64,000 bases of DNA from Opitutales bacterium (lineage in GTDB: Bacteria; Verrucomicrobiota; Verrucomicrobiia; Opitutales; PNEW01): the NCBI GenBank assembly GCA_965197745.1, contig CBDANS010000006.1:864001-928000 (forward strand), written 5' to 3'. The notes below the pieces were generated by a model. It was not told the DNA's origin. It worked only from the letters and a program-made list of their open reading frames with translations, and made no database searches. Shown one piece after another: positions 43,134 to 52,864 of this stretch (positions are counted from its first letter, which is position 1; each line of letters begins with the position of its first letter). The position numbers and the translations under genes were made by a program.

Positions 43134-44711
43134 TCAATCCGGCTTGAGTGATTTCATTACCTGTCTAAAAGTCAAAGGGGGTTGTTCAGGTATTTTAATA
43201 GGGATGATCAAGCTGACCAGGTATCCAACTACTAAGGTTGCCGATATTCCAAGCGGTGCTGGCCATATCCAACTGAGTTCGCTGAAGAAAGCGACATAAA
43301 TTGCGGTAGTCAGACCCCCAATAGCCCCTATCACGACACCGATGCTATGTGTTTTACTGCTGAACATCCCGAGGACAAAGATTCCAAAGAGCGGACCGTA
43401 AAATGATCCGATAATTCTATTCGCAACCGCGTATAATTCCCCCATACGTCCCACGTTACTGGCAACAATTATCATAACTATTCCTATACCGAGGTTAGCG
43501 ATACGTGAAACAAGAATTTGTTTACGCTCTTCCTCGGCACTGAGATTTTCAGCGGGCCGAATTCTCCCCAGGTATAACCGGTTATAGAAATCTACGACAA
43601 TAACCGAAGTCGTAGAATTAATAGCGGCATCGACACTGGATAATGACGCTGCAATAATAGCGGCGATGACCAATCCGGTTAGACCGACTGGAAAATGATT
43701 CGCCATAAAATAAGGTAAGATATGATCATTTTGAATGCCCTGAGGAAATCCGGCATGATGATAAAAAGCGAATAACGCCAGTCCCACAAAACCGAGAAAT
43801 ATCATCCACACCGTATCGGATACCGCATTAATAAGATACGACTTTCTCGCTTCATCTACGGAGCGAATTGCCTGGAAACGCAGGATGGCAATCTGATCGG
43901 CTGTAAATGCTGTGATTCGACCAATCAATACCGCGAGGACAATACCAACCAGTGTCAAATCTTCTGTCAGGTAGAGACGAATTTTCTCCATTATCGTAGC
44001 CCCCTGCATTTCAGGGATGTCTGCGGTCAAATTTATCCTCCCTGATTCCTGGGCCAACCGGTAAAGTTCACTAAACCCACCGGGGATATTTGAGATGATA
44101 AAATAAAGGGTGGCAAAGAGACCGCCAAACATCACAAAGAATTGTGTTACATCCGTCCAGATAACCGCTTTCATTCCCCCCAGCATGGTGTATATCGTGA
44201 CCAATGATCCCAGGATAATGATCATCCAGGATATATCCAATTGACCACCCGTAGCCGCTTTTACGGCAAGACAGGGAACATATAACGCGGCTCCCATCCA
44301 ACCGAGTCGCCACAGTATAAATATAGTTGAACCAACAACACGGACTGCGAGACCAAAGCGAAGTTCTAAATATTCATAGGCCGAAAAAACATTCAGGCGT
44401 CGGTAAAACGGAATCGTTACTTTTGTCACCCACGGATAAAGGGGTATCCAACTTAAAAATGACATGACCGTTACCATGCCGATTCCAAATACGACCGCTG
44501 GAGTATTGATATAATCGAGCCCGCTGTTAAGAGCCGCCATGAGCGAAATGCCAACGCTCAACCATCCCAGTTGCTTTCCGCTTTTAAAAAAATCGTCGAG
44601 GGTTTTCTGTTTCCTCGAAAAGTAAAATCCGATCCCAATGAGGGTGCCCAAGTAGAAAAAAATGATCAAACCATCAATAAGATTGATCCCACTGTTGTTC
44701 ATGGTGTTCAA
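43134..44711 (-). CDS. Sodium:solute symporter
   Basis: SAYEYLELRFG, GGMKAVIWTD, ASLSSVD. Confidence 0.92.
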   Translation of the reverse strand: MNTMNNSGINLIDGLIIFFYLGTLIGIGFYFSRKQKTLDDFFKSGKQLGWLSVGISLMAALNSGLDYINTPAVVFGIGMVTVMSFLSWIPLYPWVTKVTIPFYRRLNVFSAYEYLELRFGLAVRVVGSTIFILWRLGWMGAALYVPCLAVKAATGGQLDISWMIIILGSLVTIYTMLGGMKAVIWTDVTQFFVMFGGLFATLYFIISNIPGGFSELYRLAQESGRINLTADIPEMQGATIMEKIRLYLTEDLTLVGIVLAVLIGRITAFTADQIAILRFQAIRSVDEARKSYLINAVSDTVWMIFLGFVGLALFAFYHHAGFPQGIQNDHILPYFMANHFPVGLTGLVIAAIIAASLSSVDAAINSTTSVIVVDFYNRLYLGRIRPAENLSAEEERKQILVSRIANLGIGIVMIIVASNVGRMGELYAVANRIIGSFYGPLFGIFVLGMFSSKTHSIGVVIGAIGGLTTAIYVAFFSELSWIWPAPLGISATLVVGYLVSLIIPIKIPEQPPLTFRQVMKSLKPD

Positions 44712-45395
44712 GTTATCAATTTATGGTTTATACAATATGAAACCATTTTGAATACTAAGTATCATTTACAGTATGATCCTTCAGTATACCAAGTATGTTT
44801 CAAGAATTATGATCACCATTTCTATAGATTCGTGTTCACGCGAGTTCCCTTTGTGCAGGTTACAGGCTCTATTATCTTTTAGAAACCGGGAGGTGGGAAA
44901 AGGCGGAATCAGCGCATCATGTTTATTCTTACGATTCAGCAGCAGGATTCACATTGATATAGAAACAGCAGATAAAAATTATCTATAAAATCCCGTTGAC
45001 TGCCCCCGACTAGAAGAATTGCTCTTAGATTGGCTCCAACGGGATCAAAAACGGGTGGTAGAGGAGTGACAAAGCTAATTCTCGGCTGATTCACCTTCGC
45101 CCCTTGCAGGTCTACGTCACCAGTCCAGGGACATTAATATATATCCCATGGCTGCTGACAAAGACCCAATTCCCCCTGGACGACCCCTGGCAAAAGACCA
45201 GCGATAAGGATAATCCTATGAGGATGATAGCGTTGACTCCCGGACTGATGTCCGAGGGGTTAAATGAGAAAAGTCCATAATTATTTAAGCTAAGGAACTA
45301 CCCTGCTTGACAGGGTCTGATTTCTTAATTTATCTTTCGCGGTGCAGTGAAAATAAAAGGCTTTAAATGGAATAATAGATGGGGGAAAATTAGAA

Positions 45396-46298
45396 ATGAA
45401 AAATTTTGAGTATATAGCGCCCACAAGTTTACGGAAGGCAACATCCTTGCTGGCCGAAAAAAATGGAAACGCGCGAATCCTGGCGGGGGGCACAGATCTT
45501 CTTGTCCAACTGAGAGTCAATAGATTTCAGGTCGATCGCGTCATCGATGTGAAAAACATCCCCGAGCTTAACGAGCTATCATACGGATCTAAAAAAGGGC
45601 TATCCATAGGCGCTGCGGTCCCTTGTCATCGCATATATGAGGATTCTGAGTGCACACAGCGCTATCCCGGATTGATAGATTCAGCATCTATCATCGGGGG
45701 TATCCAAATCCAGGGAAGAGCCTCTTTTGGGGGTAATATCTGTAATTCATCACCGAGTGCAGATACGATTCCCGTTCTCATAGCCTATGGCAGTAAATGC
45801 GAAATTGTCGGCCCTAATGGTAAACGTATGGTGCCTATGGAAGACTTTTGCACAGGGCCAGGGAAGAACATTTTAGAACCAGGTGAAATACTCGTGTCGA
45901 TTCGGATTCCATCCAATAAGAAAGATTCCGGGGCCCATTATCTTCGGTTTATTCCCAGAAATGAAATGGACATCGCGGTCGTGGGCGCAGGAGCCTATGT
46001 CGAGCTGGGCAATCGGAAAAAGAAATTTAAAAAAGCTCGCATTTCTCTGGGAGCAGTCGCCCCTACGCCACTTTTTGTTCGCGAAGCCGGTGAATTGCTG
46101 ACCGGGCGCGAAGTGAGCGACGATACGATTGAGGAGGCGGCGGAAGCGGCAAAAGCGGCGGCCCGCCCTATTTCGGATATGCGCGGGACAGCGGAATACC
46201 GAACCCATTTGGTGGGAGTATTGACTAAACGGGCACTGCACGGTGCTGTTAAACGTGCCCGTGGCGAGTTTGTCCCCAATGCGGTGCAGGCAAGTTAA
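45396..46298 (+). CDS. Xanthine dehydrogenase family FAD subunit (CoxM-like)
   Basis: AGGTDL, ASFGGN, DMRGTAEYR. Confidence 0.92.
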   Translation: MKNFEYIAPTSLRKATSLLAEKNGNARILAGGTDLLVQLRVNRFQVDRVIDVKNIPELNELSYGSKKGLSIGAAVPCHRIYEDSECTQRYPGLIDSASIIGGIQIQGRASFGGNICNSSPSADTIPVLIAYGSKCEIVGPNGKRMVPMEDFCTGPGKNILEPGEILVSIRIPSNKKDSGAHYLRFIPRNEMDIAVVGAGAYVELGNRKKKFKKARISLGAVAPTPLFVREAGELLTGREVSDDTIEEAAEAAKAAARPISDMRGTAEYRTHLVGVLTKRALHGAVKRARGEFVPNAVQAS

Positions 46299-46355
46299 CC
46301 CGCATGATAATTATAAATTACAATTGATTAAGAATCCTATTAAACAACGAATCTT

Positions 46356-46838
46356 ATGAATAGAGTTCACGTACAGTGTAAGATAAATGGAGAGACAATC
46401 GAATTTCTCTGCGAACCACGGCAAAGCTTGCTCGAGGTCTTGCGGGAAGAACTTGGATTTACCGGGAGCAAGGAAGGCTGCAACGATGGTAACTGTGGCG
46501 CATGCACGGTAATCATGGATGGCGTGATCGTCGATTCCTGCCTTGTTTTTGCCGTCGAAGTCCAGGGAAAAGAGATCACTACCGTAGAGGGAATTGCCAC
46601 ACCCGCTGGTTTGCATCCCCTGCAACAGAAATTCCTCGAGAACGCAAGTCTGCAGTGCGGGATCTGCACCCCCGGATTTCTCGTTGCTGCTAAAGCTTTG
46701 CTCGATCACAACCCGAATCCGACCGAACATGAAATTCGCCATTGGCTGGCCGGCAATCTATGCCGTTGTACCGGATACGATAAGATTATCCGAGCGGTTC
46801 AGGATGCCAGTGCGGTCATAAGTAGCAAAAGTGCCTGA
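46356..46838 (+). CDS. Xanthine dehydrogenase family 2Fe-2S subunit (CoxS-like)
   Basis: GC..G.CGACT, QCGICTPG, NLCRCTGY. Confidence 0.95.
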   Translation: MNRVHVQCKINGETIEFLCEPRQSLLEVLREELGFTGSKEGCNDGNCGACTVIMDGVIVDSCLVFAVEVQGKEITTVEGIATPAGLHPLQQKFLENASLQCGICTPGFLVAAKALLDHNPNPTEHEIRHWLAGNLCRCTGYDKIIRAVQDASAVISSKSA

Positions 46839-46849
46839 AAATAAAAATC

Positions 46850-49177
46850 TTGAATGAGGAGAAAAAGCTGATGTCAAACAACTCAGGAAATGGAAAGTAT
46901 AAAGTAATAGGGACACGCCCTATCCGCCACGACGGGACAGATAAGGTCATCGGTAAAGCGATCTATGGTGGCGATGTCCGCCTGCCCGGCATGCTCCATG
47001 GCCAGATCCTCCGCAGCCCCCACGCTCACGCACGCATCAAATCCATTGATACGAGCAAGGCGGAAGCGCTGGAAGGGGTACGCGCGGTGGTCACCTCAAA
47101 AGATTTACCCAAAACCAATGAAGACGACATGATCGATTTGGGCGAGGGGATGACCCGCTTAAAATATATACGCGATAACATCCTGGCCAGCGATAAGGTT
47201 CTTTACCGGGGGCATGCAGTTGCCGGTGTCGGAGCGATTAACCAGCAAACTGCTGACGAGGCACTCTCGCTGATAAAAATTGAATACGAGGTCTTACCGC
47301 CCGTAGTCAATGTTCTCGAAGCGATGAAGGATGATGCCCCGTTACTTCACGATACCCTGACCACGGTTGAACTAGAAGAGGAAACAGACAAAAAGAGCAA
47401 TATTGCGGCTCACCTCCAGAACAAAATAGGTGACCCGGACAAAGGATTTAAAGAAGCCGACATTGTAATCGAGCACGAATTCAATACCGCCACTGTCCAC
47501 CAGGGCTATATCGAACCCCATAATGGCACTGCGGTATGGAATCCTGACGGTCAACTCACGATATGGACCAGTACCCAGGGTGCATTTGTGGTGCAAAAGC
47601 AAGCAGCCGCTGTTCTTGATCATCCTATTTCCAAAATTAAAGTAGTACCCCAGGAGATTGGCGGTGGTTTTGGGGGTAAAATTCCAATTTATTTAGAGCC
47701 GGTGGCCGCTCTGCTCTCCCGTAAAACCGGGCTTCCGGTAAAGTTGCTTATGACGCGGGCGGGTGTTTTCGAAGGCACAGGTCCTACTCCAGGGAGTTAT
47801 GTCCGCCTTAAATTAGGCGCGGACAAGTCGGGCAAATTGGTCGCTGGTGATGCCTATCTTGCCATCGAGGCCGGTGGGTACCCAGGTTCACCGATGTTTT
47901 GTGGGGTTATGTGCGTATTTTCCTGTTACGAGATCCCCAACGCAATTGTCAATGGATATGATGTGGTGGTGAATAAACCGAAGGTGGCCCCCTACCGGGC
48001 GCCGTGTTCGACCCAGGTAGCCTTTGCGATCGAAACGATGATGGATGAAATTGCCGAAAAACTGGGTATGGATCCTTTTGACTTTCGCCTTAAAAATGCC
48101 GCAAAAGAGGGAATGCGCCGCGTCGATGGACTCGTTTACCCGCGCATTGGCTGTGTGGAAACGATGGAAGCGGGAAAAGGCTCAGACCATTATACTTCAC
48201 CTTTAGAAGGACCCTATCGTGGCCGAGGTGTGGCCACAGGTTATTGGTTTAATATTGGGTTTAAATCCTGCGTTACGGCCAGTGTTAATGAAGATGGCAC
48301 CGTCAATCTGATGGAAGGATCAACGGATATTGGGGGCAGCCGCACCTCGATCGCTATGCAATTCGCAGAGGTCCTCGGATTACCCGTTGAAGACGTTAAT
48401 CCCCGGGTAGGTGACACGGGAGAAATCGGTTTTAATGACGTCACTGGGGGCAGCCGCACGACCTATGCAACCGGTTATGCCGCCCATAATGCAGCTCAAG
48501 ATGTTAAGGGTCAAATGCTGGAGCGCGCGGCCAATCACTGGGAGGTGTCAGCGGATGAGGTGGAGTATTCTGACGAACTTTTCAAACTTAAGAGTGACTC
48601 GTCTAAGAAACTGAACTTCAAAGAATTAGCTGCCATAGTCAGTTCATCTGACAGCCCTGTAATCGGGCGAGGCACCGTCAATCTGGGCTTCCATATCGGC
48701 GGTTCATTTGCGACAAATGTAGTCGACGTAGAAGTGGATCCCGAGACCGGGAAAGTAAAAATCCTCCGCTTTACCGCTATCCAAGACGCCGGTAAAGCCA
48801 TTCATCCCAGTTATGTTGAGGGCCAGATGCAAGGGGGCTCGGTCCAGGGTATAGGATGGGCATTGAACGAAGAGTACTTCTACAATGCGGATGGTAAGAT
48901 GGAAAATTCGACTTTTCTGGATTACCGCATCCCGACTGCGCTCGATCTGCCAATGATAGAAACCATCATTGTCGAGGTTCCCAATCCGAGTCATCCCTAT
49001 GGGGTGCGCGGTGTGGGTGAAGCAAATATCGTACCTCCACCCGCCGCAATTACCAATGCAATATACAATGCCATCGGCATTCGCTTCCGCGAATTACCGG
49101 TGCGACCTGATCGGATTGTAGCAGCTCTCGCAGCAAAGAAGGAATCCGAACCCCTGGAAGCCGTGGCCGGGTCTTAA
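46850..49177 (+). CDS. Xanthine dehydrogenase family molybdopterin-binding subunit (CoxL-like)
   Basis: RSPHAHA, GGGFGGK, GGSRT, EGQMQG, RGVGE. Confidence 0.93.
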   Translation: MNEEKKLMSNNSGNGKYKVIGTRPIRHDGTDKVIGKAIYGGDVRLPGMLHGQILRSPHAHARIKSIDTSKAEALEGVRAVVTSKDLPKTNEDDMIDLGEGMTRLKYIRDNILASDKVLYRGHAVAGVGAINQQTADEALSLIKIEYEVLPPVVNVLEAMKDDAPLLHDTLTTVELEEETDKKSNIAAHLQNKIGDPDKGFKEADIVIEHEFNTATVHQGYIEPHNGTAVWNPDGQLTIWTSTQGAFVVQKQAAAVLDHPISKIKVVPQEIGGGFGGKIPIYLEPVAALLSRKTGLPVKLLMTRAGVFEGTGPTPGSYVRLKLGADKSGKLVAGDAYLAIEAGGYPGSPMFCGVMCVFSCYEIPNAIVNGYDVVVNKPKVAPYRAPCSTQVAFAIETMMDEIAEKLGMDPFDFRLKNAAKEGMRRVDGLVYPRIGCVETMEAGKGSDHYTSPLEGPYRGRGVATGYWFNIGFKSCVTASVNEDGTVNLMEGSTDIGGSRTSIAMQFAEVLGLPVEDVNPRVGDTGEIGFNDVTGGSRTTYATGYAAHNAAQDVKGQMLERAANHWEVSADEVEYSDELFKLKSDSSKKLNFKELAAIVSSSDSPVIGRGTVNLGFHIGGSFATNVVDVEVDPETGKVKILRFTAIQDAGKAIHPSYVEGQMQGGSVQGIGWALNEEYFYNADGKMENSTFLDYRIPTALDLPMIETIIVEVPNPSHPYGVRGVGEANIVPPPAAITNAIYNAIGIRFRELPVRPDRIVAALAAKKESEPLEAVAGS

Positions 49178-49180
49178 TTC

Positions 49181-49444
49181 ATGGCTAAGGTTTTGATACC
49201 TCCCTTAATGCAGAAATTGACCGACGGGAAAACTGAAGTTTCCGTAGAAGGTAAGACTGTGCGGGAGGTCATTGAAAACCTGGAAAAAGCATTCCCGGGG
49301 ACCAAGGATCGTATATGTGAAGATGGCGCTATCCGCCCGAATATCGCAGTTGCCGTTAACAGCGAAATTATAACTACCGGTTTGCGCCAGAAAATAGATC
49401 CCAAATGTGAAGTGCATTTCCTTCCCGCCATAAGCGGGGGGTGA
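49181..49444 (+). CDS. MoaD/ThiS-like sulfur carrier
   Basis: Ubiquitin-like size, C-terminal PAISGG. Confidence 0.88.
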   Translation: MAKVLIPPLMQKLTDGKTEVSVEGKTVREVIENLEKAFPGTKDRICEDGAIRPNIAVAVNSEIITTGLRQKIDPKCEVHFLPAISGG

Positions 49445-49462
49445 TGAAGGATACCTTATAAT

Positions 49463-49508
49463 TTGTCATTGCGAGGATCCCGCAAACGCGGGAGACGTGG
49501 CAATCCAG
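49463..49508. repeat. REP/RPE-like palindromic repeat
   Basis: TTGTCATTGCGAGGA-hairpin-GACGTGGCAATCC; related copies at 52418-52548. Confidence 0.8.
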
Positions 49509-49628
49509 ATTATTTAAATATTAGGTATTATAGATCTTTTATCCTACTTCATTCTTTCGTCAATACACCATAGTCATGGGGGACTCATTCTGTTGCGTCC
49601 GGAAATATTATATTTTTATACTTATCTC

Positions 49629-49655
49629 GGCCACGACGGAGCGTGGCCCTCCAGA
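49629..49655. repeat. REP-like hairpin
   Basis: GGCCACGACGGAGCGTGGCCCTCCAGA; 26/27 identical to 63857-63883. Confidence 0.8.
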
Positions 49656-49669
49656 TTTTATCTTACCCG

Positions 49670-51001
49670 CTATTTCTTCTCCAGATTATTTATTTTCTCT
49701 CGCAACGCATCCCGCTCGATTAAGCAATTATGCAGGCGGTAAGCCGCTTCATGTAAGACCTGGAGGCGACTCCAGCTTTCCCAGAACCCAGCGACATAAA
49801 ATGATTGCATTTTTTTTCTCAGCTTTTCGGATATTTCGATTTTTTCGTCTAATGGCGGAGTGATAGGGACCTCGATGGTTGAAAAATCTGACTCCTCGTC
49901 CATTTTTTCTATTGCTTCCATCACTTTTGCTACGGGAATGTCCTTAATACAGGTGCGATAATCAAAGAGGCAGTACCACTGGCATCCCTTGCAGGGAATA
50001 TCTCCCTGCAGGACTTTGACTCTGCCCCGCTGCGGGAAAAATCGCCTTTCCTGTCCCGCTCCAAATAACGCCACAGTAGGGCAGTCCAGAGCCGCAGCCA
50101 AATGCGTGTAAGCCGTATCGTTGCAGATAAAAAGTGAAACCTCATGTATCAAGCGAGATAAATCAGGAAGATCCTGTGGTGAAAATATTCGCCGCTCATT
50201 ATCTAATGTCGTGGGAAATTCCTTAAAAGTTGCCCCATCATCAGGCCCTTCAATCCATATCACCTGGTAACCCGCAGCCTTTAATTTCTCACTCAATTTC
50301 AGAAAATTATCGAACGGCCAGGCCCGTTTGATGTTCTCTCCCACTCCGGGCGCAATAGCGGCCATTTTTTTGCTACTCGATAGCAAATCATCAGTCTTAT
50401 TTTTAAAATTTAGGTCCATCGACAGTTTTCGATCATCATTGAAGAGAAGGGTGAATAGTCGACCGAGTTGCGTATATTCCGAATCTTCCAGTGACGAGGG
50501 GATTTCTTCGGTAAAATAGGGCTCCTCAACACCAACTATCTGTGCCACATGTCCCGTAAATAACTGGTAGGTATCATTTTTCTCAAACCCCACACGTCGA
50601 GGAGCTCGACTCAATGCAATTGTTAAATCGCTCAGCCAACTTCTATTAATCATCGGCGAGATGGCAGTATCCCAGGAAATGGCTTCGATGAATGCTTTCC
50701 ACCAGAGAATAAGATCCGTGGTATCTTCACCCCAATCACTGAGGGGATGAACGGGATAGGGAAGAAAATGGATACACCCGGATGGCTCGTGGCCCAAACG
50801 TTTAGCCTCGACCACGGGGTCGCCGTTGAGATCGAGCAAAAAAACCCCAGCCTTGGGAAGAAGTTCGGCGACCGCGTCCATCCCGGTGCGGACATGCCAG
50901 ATAATCCGCGCATCAGGGTTGGCTTCCAGGAGTTGCTGCACGTAGCCCGCCGCGATTAACTGGTCTCCCAGGGAATCCGGTTTTGATATTAAAATATTCA
51001 T
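49670..51001 (-). CDS. GT9 glycosyltransferase (heptosyltransferase-like)
   Basis: DSLGD, KRAWP, NDTAYTHLAAAL..PTVALFG, Cys-rich PC..C...C. Confidence 0.85.
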   Translation of the reverse strand: MNILISKPDSLGDQLIAAGYVQQLLEANPDARIIWHVRTGMDAVAELLPKAGVFLLDLNGDPVVEAKRLGHEPSGCIHFLPYPVHPLSDWGEDTTDLILWWKAFIEAISWDTAISPMINRSWLSDLTIALSRAPRRVGFEKNDTYQLFTGHVAQIVGVEEPYFTEEIPSSLEDSEYTQLGRLFTLLFNDDRKLSMDLNFKNKTDDLLSSSKKMAAIAPGVGENIKRAWPFDNFLKLSEKLKAAGYQVIWIEGPDDGATFKEFPTTLDNERRIFSPQDLPDLSRLIHEVSLFICNDTAYTHLAAALDCPTVALFGAGQERRFFPQRGRVKVLQGDIPCKGCQWYCLFDYRTCIKDIPVAKVMEAIEKMDEESDFSTIEVPITPPLDEKIEISEKLRKKMQSFYVAGFWESWSRLQVLHEAAYRLHNCLIERDALREKINNLEKK

Positions 51002-51116
51002 GATTGCCGCTAATTCTCTAGCTAGTCCACTCTCTATTTGATGGCAAGTTTAACCACGGATGTGCGTGAATTATCATCTACACAATAATATGAAGAGAAA
51101 ATTATAGAGTATATTG

Positions 51117-51132
51117 TGTTCCACGTGAAACA
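51117..51132. promoter_or_regulatory. parS (ParB binding site)
   Basis: TGTTCCACGTGAAACA, one mismatch from the TGTTTCACGTGAAACA consensus; intergenic. Confidence 0.85.
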
Positions 51133-51242
51133 ATATCCGTGACAGATTATGATCGAATAAAGCCCTCTTCCAGTAGATATTGAGATCTGCATTATGAATG
51201 TATTTTCATCGTGAATTCTTCGTGGTTTCATAATATTAAAAT

Positions 51243-52265
51243 ATGAAATGGTCGGTCATTATCCCCATGGGGAGGCCGGAAAGAGCAGGAAACACCCTGC
51301 GCTCACTGGCGAACCAGAGCTACTTCCCTGAGTCCTGGGAGGTCCTTCTTGTCGGTGTTAAAGCGCGGGAAGTTACCGATGCGTTTCCAGATCTGCCAAT
51401 TGTCCCCGTTCCACTTGAGAGAAATGAACTGCCCCCAAAAACGCGGCTCATAGGCTCCGATCATGCCCAGGGTGACTGGTTTATTTTCGTTGATGACGAC
51501 ATGGAACTGGCACCCGACTATTTTCAATGTCTTAACTCCATAATAAATAATGATAGGGCTGATGGAGAAAAACCGCCCGCCGTTATTGGGGCTCGCTTAC
51601 CGGGAGTGAAAAATAACTTTTGTGACCGCCTTACGAATATTTCAAATTTCTGGTCCCAGCAAGGTGACCTACCCGGCTCGCGTCCCTGGCTATACAGTGC
51701 GGCAATTGCTATCCGTGCTAATGCTTATGAGAAAGTCGGTGGATTTAACCCTCACCTGCCCAATGGTGAGGATATCGATCTTACTCAAAAGCTGGTTCGG
51801 GCCGGCTACAATCTGCTTTATGAGCCCTCTCTTATCGCCTACCATAATCATGGTCGTACCACCCCTTTAAAGATGCTGGTCTACTTCTGGAAAAACGGTA
51901 ACACTGCCCTGTTTTTCAACCAGGAGTCCCTGGTGACGCGCTGTTTCAGCTTTAAAACTGTTATCATCCACGCCTGGAACGACCTGCAAAATAATCGGCG
52001 CTTAAACGTTTCTCAGGTATCCGGGTTTTACCGATGCTTCCCTTTTATCCTAATCAACTACTTCATTTTTCAATCCTCGATCGAGTGGCACTATCAGAAA
52101 TATCTCTGGGAAAACAGCCAGTTTCGTCACCTTCCTCTTCCTCAAGCCGGAGACCAAAGTTCCTTCCAAGCGTTCGTCCATTTTAAAAAGAACCACCCTA
52201 TAATAGGCGCACTTCTTTATGCCCGGGCGATGATCGAGGATTTCCGCCACCCGGTGCGGAGGTGA
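51243..52265 (+). CDS. GT2 family glycosyltransferase
   Basis: SVIIP, FVDDD, GGF, GEDIDL. Confidence 0.88.
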   Translation: MKWSVIIPMGRPERAGNTLRSLANQSYFPESWEVLLVGVKAREVTDAFPDLPIVPVPLERNELPPKTRLIGSDHAQGDWFIFVDDDMELAPDYFQCLNSIINNDRADGEKPPAVIGARLPGVKNNFCDRLTNISNFWSQQGDLPGSRPWLYSAAIAIRANAYEKVGGFNPHLPNGEDIDLTQKLVRAGYNLLYEPSLIAYHNHGRTTPLKMLVYFWKNGNTALFFNQESLVTRCFSFKTVIIHAWNDLQNNRRLNVSQVSGFYRCFPFILINYFIFQSSIEWHYQKYLWENSQFRHLPLPQAGDQSSFQAFVHFKKNHPIIGALLYARAMIEDFRHPVRR

Positions 52266-52300
52266 GGTTAGTCTTAGGCTGTAGACGCTATGAAGTGATA

Positions 52301-52741
52301 TGGAGCGGGCTGTCCCTTGTACCCTTCTTATAATTTGTGCTTTAAAGATTAGTACGCGCCAGGGACAGCACGTTCCACCTAATCTCACTGCTTATTTCTT
52401 AGCACTTACCTTCTCACTTGTCATTGCGAGGAGCAACGCGACGCGGCTACCGAGCAACAGCGACATCTTCCATTCCAGGCAAATGTCGGTTGCGTATTGA
52501 CATCCCCCTGGATTGCCACAGTCGGTAACACCTCCTTCGCAATGACAAAAGGAGAAATTTAGAAATCGTTTTGTCTGCAATTGGCCCTGAGCGCATGCCG
52601 AAGGGAGGGCTCATTGAAGGCCAAGCTGCAACAAGCATCCAGGATCAGGGATCCTACCCCTGCATGATTTTCTTAACCACAATCACCTTGACTCGCCGTA
52701 GTTCTCAGACATTAGCGTGCTAGGGACAGCCCGCTCCACCT
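52301..52741. repeat. Mosaic of REP-like hairpins
   Basis: TGGAGCGGGCTGTCCCT (52301) inverted against AGGGACAGCCCGCTCCA (~52722), partial copy ~52360, inverted RPE-like pair 52418-52548, CCCTGAGC..CGAAGGG ~52585-52604. Confidence 0.75.
52448..52501 (+). mobile_element. 54-nt structured mini-insertion within a REP-like repeat
   Basis: Interrupts the GGC(A)ATCC arm that is intact in sister copies; begins TACCGAG, ends GAC. Confidence 0.6.
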
Positions 52742-52864
52742 CGCTCTCAGTGTTTGTCGTTTACTTCCATCCACTTATTCCAGATGTCACGATAGGTGCT
52801 CTCGAGGCGCCTTGTAAAACTTTCTTCGTCCATCAGGGGGCTTTTCTCCATGCGTGATCGAAGG

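Noticed and set aside
44880..45330. Moco riboswitch upstream of the molybdoenzyme
   Set aside because: Hairpins are present but I could not match the motif; the stretch looks more like a decayed ORF.
46850..49177. Aerobic CO dehydrogenase
   Set aside because: Lacks the AYxCSFR signature and cox accessory genes.
52300..52638. Short ORFs in the REP mosaic
   Set aside because: Translations of palindromic repeats.
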